Below, piece after piece: positions 1 to 8,864 of a stretch of 51,139 nucleotides of DNA (position 1 is its first letter; each line of letters opens with the position of its first letter). Position numbers and translations under genes: made by a program. Under the pieces are notes generated by a model that searched no databases, was not told the origin of the DNA, and saw nothing but the letters and a program-made list of their open reading frames with translations. This stretch comes from Candidatus Izemoplasmatales bacterium (GTDB lineage Bacteria > Bacillota_I > Bacilli_A > Izemoplasmatales > Hujiaoplasmataceae): contig JBFXGX010000012.1 in the NCBI GenBank assembly GCA_050177605.1, positions 1 through 51,139 of the forward strand, given 5' to 3'.

Positions 1-1620
1 TTATCGAAAGGTCAAACCAAGTCAGAACTAGAAAAATTAATGAAATTACAACCAAAAGTAGCCTATAGAGTACAGGGCGACGAATTAATTGAGATTGCTG
101 TTGAACAGATACAAACTGGCGACCTCTTACTTGTGAAACCGGGGATGCAAGTTCCAGTTGATGGAATCATTGTTGAAGGTAATTCAACGATTGATGAATC
201 AATGATTAGTGGAGAGAGTATACCCGTAGATAAATATATTGGAGACCAGGTTATCTCAGCTACAATCAATCAATCAGGAAGAATTATCATCAAAGCGGAA
301 AAAGTTGGAAATGAAACAACGCTCAATCAAATCATCGACCTTGTTGAGAAAGCATCGATGACAAAAGCACCCATTCAACGATTAGCTGATACAATCTCGC
401 TTTATTTCGTACCATTTGTCATCCTTGTAAGTACGATTTCTTTTGCACTATGGTTAATTAGTGGCGAAACCTTCTCGTTTGCACTCTCTATGGGTATTAC
501 AGTACTCGTCATATCTTGTCCATGTGCATTAGGACTAGCTACACCAGTAGCAATGATGGTGGGGACAGGAAAAGGAGCTGAATATGGGGTCCTTTACAAA
601 ACGGCTGAAGCAATTCAAAAATGCGAGAAAATTAACACAATTATTCTTGATAAAACCGGCACAATTACACTTGGAAAACCGATTGTAACTGATATGATTT
701 TTTTGAATGATTCGAATCCAATATATAATGAGATTATTCAAACATTAGAATCGAATTCAACTCATCCGTTGGCTCAATCCATTCTCAAATATTATGAAAA
801 ACAAAATATTGCTTATATCAAGTTAGAAAATATTACTGAAACACCAGGGTTTGGTATGACTGGAAAATACCTCGGGAAAGCGTACTATGTTGGAAATAAA
901 AGATGGCTCGATACATTAAATATTCAACAAATTGAAAACCAAGATCAAATTTCCTTGTTAGAAAAAGAAGGTAAAACGATTGTCTATTTCTTTGACGAAT
1001 ACAATGTATTAGGTGTCATCGCTCTACGAGATGAAATTAAGCCTAGTAGCAAACTAGCAATTGAAAAGATGAAAAAGAAATTTGATCAAGTCATTATGCT
1101 TACTGGCGATAATGAACAAAGTGCACTTTTTTGGAAAGAAGAACTTGGAATAACGAAAGTATATTATCAAGTACTCCCTAATGAAAAAGATGAAATCGTA
1201 CAAAAGTATAAAGATAACGGTAATAAAGTAGCAATGATTGGTGATGGAATAAATGATTCCATTGCACTTGTAAGAGCAGATGTCGGTATATCCCTTGGTA
1301 CGGGTTCTGATATTGCGAAAAGTGCTGCAGATGTATTGCTTATTAAAGATGATTTAATGGATGCATATTTTGCGCTAACATTAAGTAAAAAAACGATGAA
1401 TAATGTGCGAATGAATCTGTTCTTTGCATTTATTTATAATGTTGTACTAATTCCAGTTGCAGCAGGAGTATTCTTTACAAGTTTTGGACTTAAGTTAAAT
1501 CCAGTATATGGAAGTTTTGCGATGAGTTTATCAAGTGTTACTGTAGTATTAAATGCATTACGACTAAAACTAATTCAACCAAACAGAGGAGAAAAAAATG
1601 AAAAAAGAACTAGTTATTGA
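1..1620 (+). CDS. copA: Cu(+)-exporting P1B-type ATPase, 5'-truncated by the window edge
   Basis: Frame is open from base 1. Motifs: SGES actuator, CPCALG in TM, DKTGT phosphorylation site, HP, GDGIND, and the YN and MxxSS copper-type TM motifs. Confidence 0.95.
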   Translation, partial: LSKGQTKSELEKLMKLQPKVAYRVQGDELIEIAVEQIQTGDLLLVKPGMQVPVDGIIVEGNSTIDESMISGESIPVDKYIGDQVISATINQSGRIIIKAEKVGNETTLNQIIDLVEKASMTKAPIQRLADTISLYFVPFVILVSTISFALWLISGETFSFALSMGITVLVISCPCALGLATPVAMMVGTGKGAEYGVLYKTAEAIQKCEKINTIILDKTGTITLGKPIVTDMIFLNDSNPIYNEIIQTLESNSTHPLAQSILKYYEKQNIAYIKLENITETPGFGMTGKYLGKAYYVGNKRWLDTLNIQQIENQDQISLLEKEGKTIVYFFDEYNVLGVIALRDEIKPSSKLAIEKMKKKFDQVIMLTGDNEQSALFWKEELGITKVYYQVLPNEKDEIVQKYKDNGNKVAMIGDGINDSIALVRADVGISLGTGSDIAKSAADVLLIKDDLMDAYFALTLSKKTMNNVRMNLFFAFIYNVVLIPVAAGVFFTSFGLKLNPVYGSFAMSLSSVTVVLNALRLKLIQPNRGEKNEKRTSY

Positions 1621-1807
1621 AGGTATGAGTTGTCATCATTGTGAAATGAGAGTAGAAAAAGCATTATCGAATTTAAAAGAAGTAAAAAAAGCAAAAGCAA
1701 ATCATGTAGATAAAAATTGTATTGTAGACTTGAAAAATGATGTTTCAGAAGATATACTAAAAGAAGTAGTCAAGGAAGCAGGGTACAATCTTATCGAGGT
1801 GAAATAG
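1598..1807 (+). CDS. copZ: Copper chaperone (HMA domain)
   Basis: 69 aa with GMSCHHC metal-binding loop; SD AGAGGAG upstream; overlaps the end of copA. Confidence 0.93.
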   Translation: MKKELVIEGMSCHHCEMRVEKALSNLKEVKKAKANHVDKNCIVDLKNDVSEDILKEVVKEAGYNLIEVK

Positions 1808-1810
1808 CAA

Positions 1811-2071
1811 ATGAAAGCAGATCATGATGAAGTAAAAAAATATCTTAATATGGCAAAAGGGCAATTAGAGGGTATCATTAAGATGGTTGATGATGACAGG
1901 TATTGTATCGATATTTCTCATCAATTATTAGCGTCGATTGCTATTTTAAAGAAGATTAATCAAAAAGTATTAAAAGCACATTTAGAATCTTGTGTAAAAA
2001 ATACACTTAGTGCTGATGGTTCAAAGAAAATTGATGAAATCATCGACATTATGAATCGAATTAATCAGTAA
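1811..2071 (+). CDS. csoR: Copper-sensing repressor, CsoR/RcnR family
   Basis: GQLEGIIKM, YCIDI and HLESC (Cys-His-Cys ligand pattern); directly after copAZ. Confidence 0.92.
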   Translation: MKADHDEVKKYLNMAKGQLEGIIKMVDDDRYCIDISHQLLASIAILKKINQKVLKAHLESCVKNTLSADGSKKIDEIIDIMNRINQ

Positions 2072-2080
2072 TATTTATAC

Positions 2081-2108
2081 TTGTAAAAGAGTTCATATTT
2101 GATATAAT
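2081..2108 (+). promoter_or_regulatory. Sigma-A-type promoter for the riboswitch-controlled operon
   Basis: TTGTAA (2081-2086), 16-nt spacer, TATAAT (2103-2108) with extended -10 TG. Confidence 0.65.
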
Positions 2109-2130
2109 AAGAATAGACAATTTTGATAAT

Positions 2131-2268
2131 GAATAGGTAAAGGGAATTGAAGTTAAAATCTTCAACTGTGCCAGCAACCGTGAAGTGGATTAATAAATGG
2201 TTTTGCCATTGTGAAAACGAGAAGGTCATTTATTAAGTAGAAACCAAGTCGGGAGACCTGAATCTATT
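2131..2268 (+). ncRNA. Cobalamin (B12) riboswitch
   Basis: Signature elements in order: GGT..AGGGAA; TTGAAG-ttaaaat-CTTCAA hairpin; CTGTGCCAGCAACCGTGA; TAATAAATG/CATTTATTA helix enclosing GCCATTG..GAGAAGG; B12 box AAGTCGGGAGACCTG (2246-2260). Confidence 0.9.
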
Positions 2269-2296
2269 GATTAAATATAAAAAAAGAGGGAAAAGA

Positions 2297-2713
2297 ATGA
2301 AAAGAACAGTACTGGGCTTTTTGCTATTCTTCGTCGTATTCCTAGGTCTTTTTGGTTGTACAGTTTCACGTATAACAGCTGAAAGTCTTGGGCAAATCAC
2401 GTTTGAAGTATATGATGAAGATGGCGAAATGGTTGCCCAACAAGAAGTTGATTTTGAATCAGGAGACACTTTATTTGGATTACTCCAAGAAACATTCACA
2501 GTATACTGTGGTGATTCCTTAGGACAACCAAGTGAAAGTTGTGACTATGTCGGAGCGTATGGTGTTTATATCATGGGTATCGGCGATGTTCACGCTTTTG
2601 AAACTGGAACCTATATCGCCTTCTATATCAATGGAGAATATGCCACATCAGGTATTGACTCGATGGATATCGTAGACGGTAATGTGTACCAATTCAAATA
2701 TGAAACCTACTAA
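2297..2713 (+). CDS. Lipoprotein, DUF4430/transcobalamin-like fold; probable corrinoid-binding protein
   Basis: ATG 2297 after SD AGAGGG; signal peptide ending in lipobox LFGC; TLFGLL, G-x-YI-x-GIG and FYINGEYATSGID motifs resemble DUF4430; downstream of the B12 riboswitch. Confidence 0.7.
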   Translation: MKRTVLGFLLFFVVFLGLFGCTVSRITAESLGQITFEVYDEDGEMVAQQEVDFESGDTLFGLLQETFTVYCGDSLGQPSESCDYVGAYGVYIMGIGDVHAFETGTYIAFYINGEYATSGIDSMDIVDGNVYQFKYETY

Positions 2714-3212
2714 AAAGCAAATGACGACTTTAAGAAGCATCACGCTTGCGGCGATGCTTCTTGCCATTTTGGTTGCTCAAGAAGAACTTTTAGTCCTGAT
2801 TCCTAATGTAAGCTTAACTTCTGTACTCATTATGGTTTATGGTGTTGTTCTACCTTTATCACTTTACTTCAGCGTAATCATCGGCTATGTGATCATTGAT
2901 AGTCTAGTGATGGGATCGTTTATTCCAGTCTATGTTATTCCAATGATGATTATGTGGATTATTCTTGGATTAGTCGCAAAAAGATTTAAACTCAGTCCAT
3001 TATATGTTCAAATTATTATTGGAGTTTTCTTTGCCTTTGTATACGGATGGTCTTTTATTCCTGGGAATATGATCTTATTATCCGGGTTCAAATTTTGGCC
3101 ATATTTGCTTGCGGATATTCCGGCAGAAGCGATTATGGCAGTTTCCAATGGTGTTACAATTGCCTTCTTATACCTTCCAATACGGAAGCAACTAGAACCA
3201 CTATTTAAATAA
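2700..3212 (+). CDS. ECF transporter S component, probably cobalamin-specific (CbrT-like)
   Basis: About 170 aa, about 6 hydrophobic segments, AMLLAIL (AxxxA) followed by IPNVSLTS; riboswitch context. Start uncertain (2700 or 2721). Confidence 0.72.
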   Translation: MKPTKKQMTTLRSITLAAMLLAILVAQEELLVLIPNVSLTSVLIMVYGVVLPLSLYFSVIIGYVIIDSLVMGSFIPVYVIPMMIMWIILGLVAKRFKLSPLYVQIIIGVFFAFVYGWSFIPGNMILLSGFKFWPYLLADIPAEAIMAVSNGVTIAFLYLPIRKQLEPLFK

Positions 3213-3215
3213 TCG

Positions 3216-3241
3216 AAAAGAGATTTCTATCTCTTTTTTTT
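3216..3241 (+). terminator. Intrinsic terminator
   Basis: AAAAGAGAT-ttct-ATCTCTTTT followed by a T run. Confidence 0.8.
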
Positions 3242-3250
3242 AACGGAATA

Positions 3251-3279
3251 TTGAAAAAAAGCGCTATCACGTTTATAAT
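3251..3279 (+). promoter_or_regulatory. Sigma-A-type promoter of the GGDEF gene
   Basis: TTGAAA-17 nt-TATAAT. Confidence 0.65.
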
Positions 3280-3307
3280 AATTGTGGGTGTGTAAGGAGT
3301 GATCCAT

Positions 3308-5464
3308 GTGATGTCTCGATTTTTTGATATCTCTGATGTTGTTTTTACGAGTCACGTTTTAGGCGAAGAACTTGTTTTTTATATCGGAATTATTGTAATA
3401 ACTGTGATTATTACATGCCTTTTGACGTATGTATATTTGACTGATAAAACCAGAAGAAATATGTTAAAACATCGATTTGATTTCTATCACAATTATCTCT
3501 CCCTGCTTGAAAGTTTTAATGGAATGGCCTATCGTTGTCTAAATGATGACAAATGGACGATGAAATATGTCAGTAAAAAAACCTATGAACTCATTGGTTA
3601 TCTTGAGGAAGAGATTATCGATAATAAAGCGATTAGTTTTGAAGATATCATCCATCCGAAATATCGCGAAATGGTACGAAATGATTGGGATAAGTCAGTC
3701 GCAAAACATGAAGATTTTTATGGAGAATATATCATCATTACAAAAAAGAATGAAGAAAAATGGGTCTCTGAAGTTGGACACGCTATCTATGATGAGCATG
3801 GACAGTGTATTTACATAGAGGGGTTTATCACAGATATTTCAAAACATAAAGAACTAATGATTAGTGAAAGAAAAATGGATTTTAGGTATCGAAACTTGAT
3901 TGAGAATTCTGCAGAAGCGATTTATATTGCTGAAGACGGAGTCATTGTTTATACCAATCCAGCATGTTTAAGTTTCTTTAAAGCGAAAACACCAAACGAT
4001 CTATTAGGGAAAAGAATCGAAGATATCATTACTGAACGTTATGAACAATTTTATCATGATCGAATCGCACGAATTGCGCAAACTCATATGGGAAATCCTG
4101 TTGCAGAATACGAGTTTAAACGATTTGATGGCACACTTGCATACGCAGAAGTTACATCATCGCCTTATTTTGATAATGATCATTTTGAAGTCTATGTCTT
4201 CATTCATGATATTACAGATAAAAAAAGAAGCGAATCTGCGATAAAAAAAATACAAAAGAGAAATCGTGATTTAATCATTGAAATGTCTGAAGGAATCGGC
4301 GTTTTCTCACGAAATTCAAACAGTGATTTTCATCTCGTATTTCAAAATAAGAACTTTACCACTAACCTATTTGGTGAATTCAAAAAGATTGTAAATACAG
4401 AATTTGAAAAGTTAGTTTCCTTTATCCCTAAAGAAGAGCTTCCAGAGATTTATGATGTGATTACATCCGATTTAAGTTATACAAATAAATTCAGAATGAA
4501 GAATAGAACACTTGAAGTTCGATTTTTCACCAATGTTGATCATGAGTTAGTGATGATGGTAAAAGATATCTCCGCAATTGAAAATGCCTATCTAGAATTA
4601 AAACATCAAATGGATAGACAAGAGAAAATTATTAATGGCACAAACACTGGAACATGGGAATGGGATATTGTAACTGGTCTGATTGAAATTAATGATAAGT
4701 GGGCAGAGATGCTAGGATATACTACTGCTGAACTTAAACCAACCTCCATTACAACATGGGAAAAATTAGTAGATCCTGCTGATTTAGAAGAAGTAAATCG
4801 TATGCTAGACTTGCATTTCACCAAGAAGACCGATAGTTTCAGTCATACCTATCGTATGATTCATAAAGATGGACACAGTATCTGGGTTTTAGATAAAGGA
4901 AGTGTGTCTGAATGGGACGAGGATAAACCACTCAAAATGTTTGGAACACGTCTTGATGTGACCTTAGCTAAAGAAAGAGAAATGGAACTTGAATACGTAT
5001 CCAATCATGACTATTTAACCGGACTATATAATCGTAGAGCTTACGAAAATTATCTTGTTCAAGTTAATCATAATGACAATTATCCTATCTGCCTCATTAT
5101 GGCTGATGTTAATCAATTAAAGTATATTAATGATACTTATGGACATCAAGCAGGAGACGATCTCTTATGTAAAGTATCGCAAGTGTTAACCTTTGTTTGT
5201 AGACCACATTTCTTGGCGAGAATTGGTGGGGATGAATTTATGATAATCATCAAAAATTCCACGAAAGAGTTGACCTAATCTTTACTAAATGAAGCAAAAA
5301 AACAAATTAGCCAAACCAAAATTGAAGGTCATAACATTTCCGTCTCTTTTGGTACTTCCTGTACAAAACATCATTCTGAAGCGATGGAAGAACTCATTCG
5401 AGTAGCTGAGATTAAAATGTATGAAGAGAAAGACGAAATAAAAAAACGCATCGGGAAGTCTTAA
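3308..5464 (+). pseudogene. Membrane-anchored multi-PAS diguanylate cyclase interrupted by an in-frame TAA at 5276-5278
   Basis: One N-terminal TM, PAS/PAC repeats, HDYLTGLYNRR, INDTYGHQAGD, RIGGDEF. After the TAA the same frame runs 61 more codons with the GGDEF C-terminal motifs (ISVSFG, EELIRVAEIKMYEEK) to TAA 5462-5464. Start GTG 3308 or ATG 3311 after SD AAGGAG. Confidence 0.85.
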
Positions 5465-5516
5465 TCAACGAACTATGTTATAATAAATAAGAAATGATAG
5501 ATAGGAGGACAAATCT

Positions 5517-6020
5517 ATGTTAAATGAAAAAGTCTCAAAATTACTAAACGAGCAGATCAATAAAGAAATGTTTTCAGCGTATTTATACTTAGATATTGCG
5601 AATTTCTATGCGAACAAAGGATTAACTGGTTTTCAAAACTGGTATAATATCCAAGCGAAAGAAGAAATGGATCATGCGTTACTATTTATTCAATACTTGC
5701 AAAATAATGATTTTGCAGTAACACTTGAAAAAATAGATAAACCTACAATAGTTTATGAAAATTACCTTCAACCACTCAGAGAAGCTTATAATCATGAGTT
5801 ATTTGTTACGGATTCAATTAATACGATTTTTACAGCAGCTACAAGTGTGAATGATTATCGTACACAACAATTCTTACAATGGTTCGTGAAAGAACAAGGA
5901 GAAGAAGAAAAAAATTCTCTTGAGTTAATTAGCAAATATGAATGGGCTCAAAATAATCTTTATCTTCTTGATCAAGAATTAGCATTAAGAGTTTATACAG
6001 CACCATCTTTAGTTCTATAA
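5517..6020 (+). CDS. ftnA: Non-heme ferritin
   Basis: LLNEQINKEMFSAYLY, EEMDHA and FLQWFVKEQGEEE ferroxidase motifs; SD AGGAGG; TGtTATAAT upstream. Confidence 0.93.
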   Translation: MLNEKVSKLLNEQINKEMFSAYLYLDIANFYANKGLTGFQNWYNIQAKEEMDHALLFIQYLQNNDFAVTLEKIDKPTIVYENYLQPLREAYNHELFVTDSINTIFTAATSVNDYRTQQFLQWFVKEQGEEEKNSLELISKYEWAQNNLYLLDQELALRVYTAPSLVL

Positions 6021-6024
6021 TAAT

Positions 6025-6061
6025 AAAAATGGCGATTCTAAATGAATCGCCATTTTTTTTT
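6025..6061. terminator. Bidirectional terminator between convergent ftnA and clpB
   Basis: AAAAATGGCGATTC-taaat-GAATCGCCATTTTT, with A and T runs on the two sides. Confidence 0.88.
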
Positions 6062-8177
6062 ATTTGATTTCTCTAATTATAAACTCATTGTCATAATCAA
6101 TTTCATATTGATGATTTGGTTCAATCTTGGAGGATATAATCGCTCTGGCAACTAATGTCTCAATATGTTTTTGAATATATCTCTTAATTGGTCTAGCCCC
6201 ATATTCAGGGTCAAATGCATCTGTAATGATTTGTTTTTTAGTTTTTGCAGTGTAGAAGATAACAATATTTTTTTCTTTGACTCTTTCGCTTAACTCTTTT
6301 AACATTTTCTCAGTAATTTTTACTTGAGTTTCATAGTTAAGTGGATTAAAAATAACAATTTCATCAATTCGATTGATAAATTCTGGTTTAAAAGTTTTTT
6401 TAACCAGTGACATTACAAGTTCTTTTGGATTTTCATTTTCTTTTGTTAGGTAGTCGCTACCAAGGTTCGATGTCATGATAATGATTGTATTTTTGAAATC
6501 AACGACTCTACCCGCGCTATCGGTTAACCTACCATCATCCAGAATTTGTAACAAAACGTTAAATACTTCAGGGTGTGCTTTTTCAATCTCATCAAATAGG
6601 ATAATTGAATATGGTTTTCTACGAATCGCTTCAGTTAATTGACCACCTTCATCATAACCGACATATCCTGGAGGGGCACCGAGGAGTCGTGATACCGAGA
6701 ATGATTCCATATACTCACTCATGTCGATGCGGACAATATGATGTTCGCTATTAAATAGTTGTAGTGCTAAAGACTTTGCGACCTCTGTTTTTCCTACCCC
6801 AGTAGGACCAAGAAACATAAATGATCCAATCGGTCTTGATTCGTTTTTGATACCAGCACGCTGTCTAATAATCGCTTCACTAATTAAATCAATGGCTTCA
6901 TCTTGGCCGATAACTCGTTTTTTAAGTTCATCATCTAAATGCAGCAACTTCTCAATATCTCCTTGCATCAGTCTAGAAACAGGAATTCCGGTCCACTTAG
7001 AGACAATCGATGCGATATCACTTTCGGTAACAAATTCGCTGACAAGTTTATTTGTACTGTTCTCTTGATAAGCAAGAATCTCTTTCTCTAAACCTGGGAT
7101 TTTCGAATATTGGAGTTCTGCAGCTTTCGAGTAATCAAAATCATTAAGAGCATTTTGAAGTTGATTTTTTAATAATTCAAGTTGTTCTTTCTTTTCCTTA
7201 ATTTTCTTTAGCTCTCTTTTTTCATCTTCCCATTCTTTTCTTAAATCTTCTTCAGATGATTTATGTGATTCAAGTTCAGTTTTTAGAATCTTTAGACGAT
7301 TTTTACTCACTGCATCACTCTCTTTTTCAAGAGCTCTTTTTTCAATTTCTAGTTGCATAATCTTTCGTTGTAAAGTATCAAGTTCGGCTGGCATTGAATC
7401 AATCTCCAATCGAATTGAAGCACAAGCTTCATCGATTAAGTCAATTGCCTTATCTGGCAAAAAACGATCTGTAATATATCGATTTGCTAAAGTTGCTGCA
7501 GCGATGATTGATCCATCACTAATGTGAACACCGTGATGCGCTTCAAACCTATCTTTAAGTCCTCTTAAGATAGATATGGTATCGTCGACTGTTGGTTCAT
7601 CAATGGTTACTTTTTGGAAACGTCTCTCTAAAGCATTATCTTTTTCAATATATTTGCGGTATTCATTCAGTGTTGTAGCACCTATACAATGTAATTCTCC
7701 TCTTGCGAGCATTGGTTTCAGCATATTGGATGCATCCATCGCTCCTTCAGTACGTCCAGCCCCAACAATCATATGAATTTCGTCAATAAAAAGGATAATT
7801 TCTCCCTCAGAGTCTTTGATTTTTTTGAGGACTGCCTTGAGTCGTTCTTCGAATTCACCACGGTACTTTGCGCCTGCGAGTAGACTCGCTAAATCAAGTT
7901 CGTAAATCATTTTATTTTGTAATCCTAGAGGCACATCTTTATCAAGAATACGTCTCGCAAGTCCTTCAACGATTGCGGTTTTTCCTACACCAGGTTCACC
8001 AATTAAAACAGGATTATTTTTTGTTTTTCTAGACAATATTTTAATGATACGTCTGATTTCTTCCTCTCTACCTATGACAGGATCAATTTTCCCAGCTTTA
8101 ACTTCATCGATAATGTTGCGACCAAATTTCTCAAGAATTTTTGGATCACTTTGATAATTTTCCATTTCTGGATTCAT
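6060..8177 (-). CDS. clpB: ClpB disaggregase lacking the N-terminal Clp_N domain
   Basis: Two AAA+ modules ([13 protein letters not shown] and [12 protein letters not shown]), long coiled-coil middle domain, GYVG pore loop. ATG 8177 follows SD GAGGTG; about 705 aa, starting at NBD1. Confidence 0.93.
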   Translation of the reverse strand: MNPEMENYQSDPKILEKFGRNIIDEVKAGKIDPVIGREEEIRRIIKILSRKTKNNPVLIGEPGVGKTAIVEGLARRILDKDVPLGLQNKMIYELDLASLLAGAKYRGEFEERLKAVLKKIKDSEGEIILFIDEIHMIVGAGRTEGAMDASNMLKPMLARGELHCIGATTLNEYRKYIEKDNALERRFQKVTIDEPTVDDTISILRGLKDRFEAHHGVHISDGSIIAAATLANRYITDRFLPDKAIDLIDEACASIRLEIDSMPAELDTLQRKIMQLEIEKRALEKESDAVSKNRLKILKTELESHKSSEEDLRKEWEDEKRELKKIKEKKEQLELLKNQLQNALNDFDYSKAAELQYSKIPGLEKEILAYQENSTNKLVSEFVTESDIASIVSKWTGIPVSRLMQGDIEKLLHLDDELKKRVIGQDEAIDLISEAIIRQRAGIKNESRPIGSFMFLGPTGVGKTEVAKSLALQLFNSEHHIVRIDMSEYMESFSVSRLLGAPPGYVGYDEGGQLTEAIRRKPYSIILFDEIEKAHPEVFNVLLQILDDGRLTDSAGRVVDFKNTIIIMTSNLGSDYLTKENENPKELVMSLVKKTFKPEFINRIDEIVIFNPLNYETQVKITEKMLKELSERVKEKNIVIFYTAKTKKQIITDAFDPEYGARPIKRYIQKHIETLVARAIISSKIEPNHQYEIDYDNEFIIREIK

Positions 8178-8208
8178 AAAAATCACCTCACTTTTATGTT
8201 TTCAATTT

Positions 8209-8251
8209 ATTATAACTCTATTTGCTAGCACTGTCAATAGAGGAGTGCTAA
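8209..8251 (-). promoter_or_regulatory. clpB promoter with a CIRCE (HrcA operator) overlapping the -35 box
   Basis: Minus strand TTAGCACTC-ctctattga-CAGTGCTAG (8251-8225); TTGACA (8237-8232)-17 nt-TATAAT (8214-8209). Confidence 0.9.
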
Positions 8252-8280
8252 TTCGTGATAAAAGAAAAAGGGATTGCTCC

Positions 8281-8721
8281 CTATTTCAAATCACAAAGTA
8301 AACTGGATGGATGTTCTTTGGCTTTAACGCTACGATATTCTTTAACGATTTGACCTTCTTCATCAAGTAAGAATGTGCTTCGCTCAATACCCATGTACTT
8401 TCTTCCATACATTGATTTTTCTACATAGACGTTAAATGCTTCAATGAGTCGAGTTTCCGGATCACTGAGAAGGAGAAGATCTAAATTTTGTTTTTCAATA
8501 AAATTTTGATGTGATTTCACAGTGTCTTTACTGACGCCAATTATCTTGTATCCAAGATTCATAAAATCATCTTGAAGTCTTGTGAATTCTTGTGCTTCTA
8601 ATGTGCATCCGCTTGTATTATCTTTTGGATAAAAATACAAAACCACTTTTTTGCCTTTAAAATCTCTTAGTCGATGTAATACTTGATCGCTACCCATTAA
8701 TTCAATATCTAAATAATTCAT
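8281..8721 (-). CDS. bcp: Peroxiredoxin, BCP/PrxQ family
   Basis: LYFYPKDNTSGCTLEA (PxxxTxxC), LLSD, RSTFLLD; ATG 8721 after SD AGGAG. Confidence 0.92.
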   Translation of the reverse strand: MNYLDIELMGSDQVLHRLRDFKGKKVVLYFYPKDNTSGCTLEAQEFTRLQDDFMNLGYKIIGVSKDTVKSHQNFIEKQNLDLLLLSDPETRLIEAFNVYVEKSMYGRKYMGIERSTFLLDEEGQIVKEYRSVKAKEHPSSLLCDLK

Positions 8722-8797
8722 ACTGATCACTCCTTTATTTTAATATATCATTACTTTTTGAAAAGTACAAGTTGGTTGCGATATTCTTTTCGTTTGA

Positions 8798-8826
8798 TTG
8801 ACCATTTGTCTATATTTTGGTATAAT
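8798..8826 (+). promoter_or_regulatory. lpdA promoter, divergent from bcp
   Basis: TTGACC-17 nt-TATAAT with extended -10 TG. Confidence 0.75.
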
Positions 8827-8864
8827 TTTAGTCATAATCATGTCATTTGAAAAGAGGTTTACAT

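Noticed and set aside
3255..3269. cre-like half site (AAAGCGCTATCA) in the GGDEF promoter spacer
   Set aside because: The left arm lacks the conserved TG; too weak to call.
5276..5278. Alternative genetic code or stop-codon reassignment as the explanation of the GGDEF stop
   Set aside because: TAA, TAG and TGA all end conserved genes at the expected positions here, and Trp is encoded by TGG.
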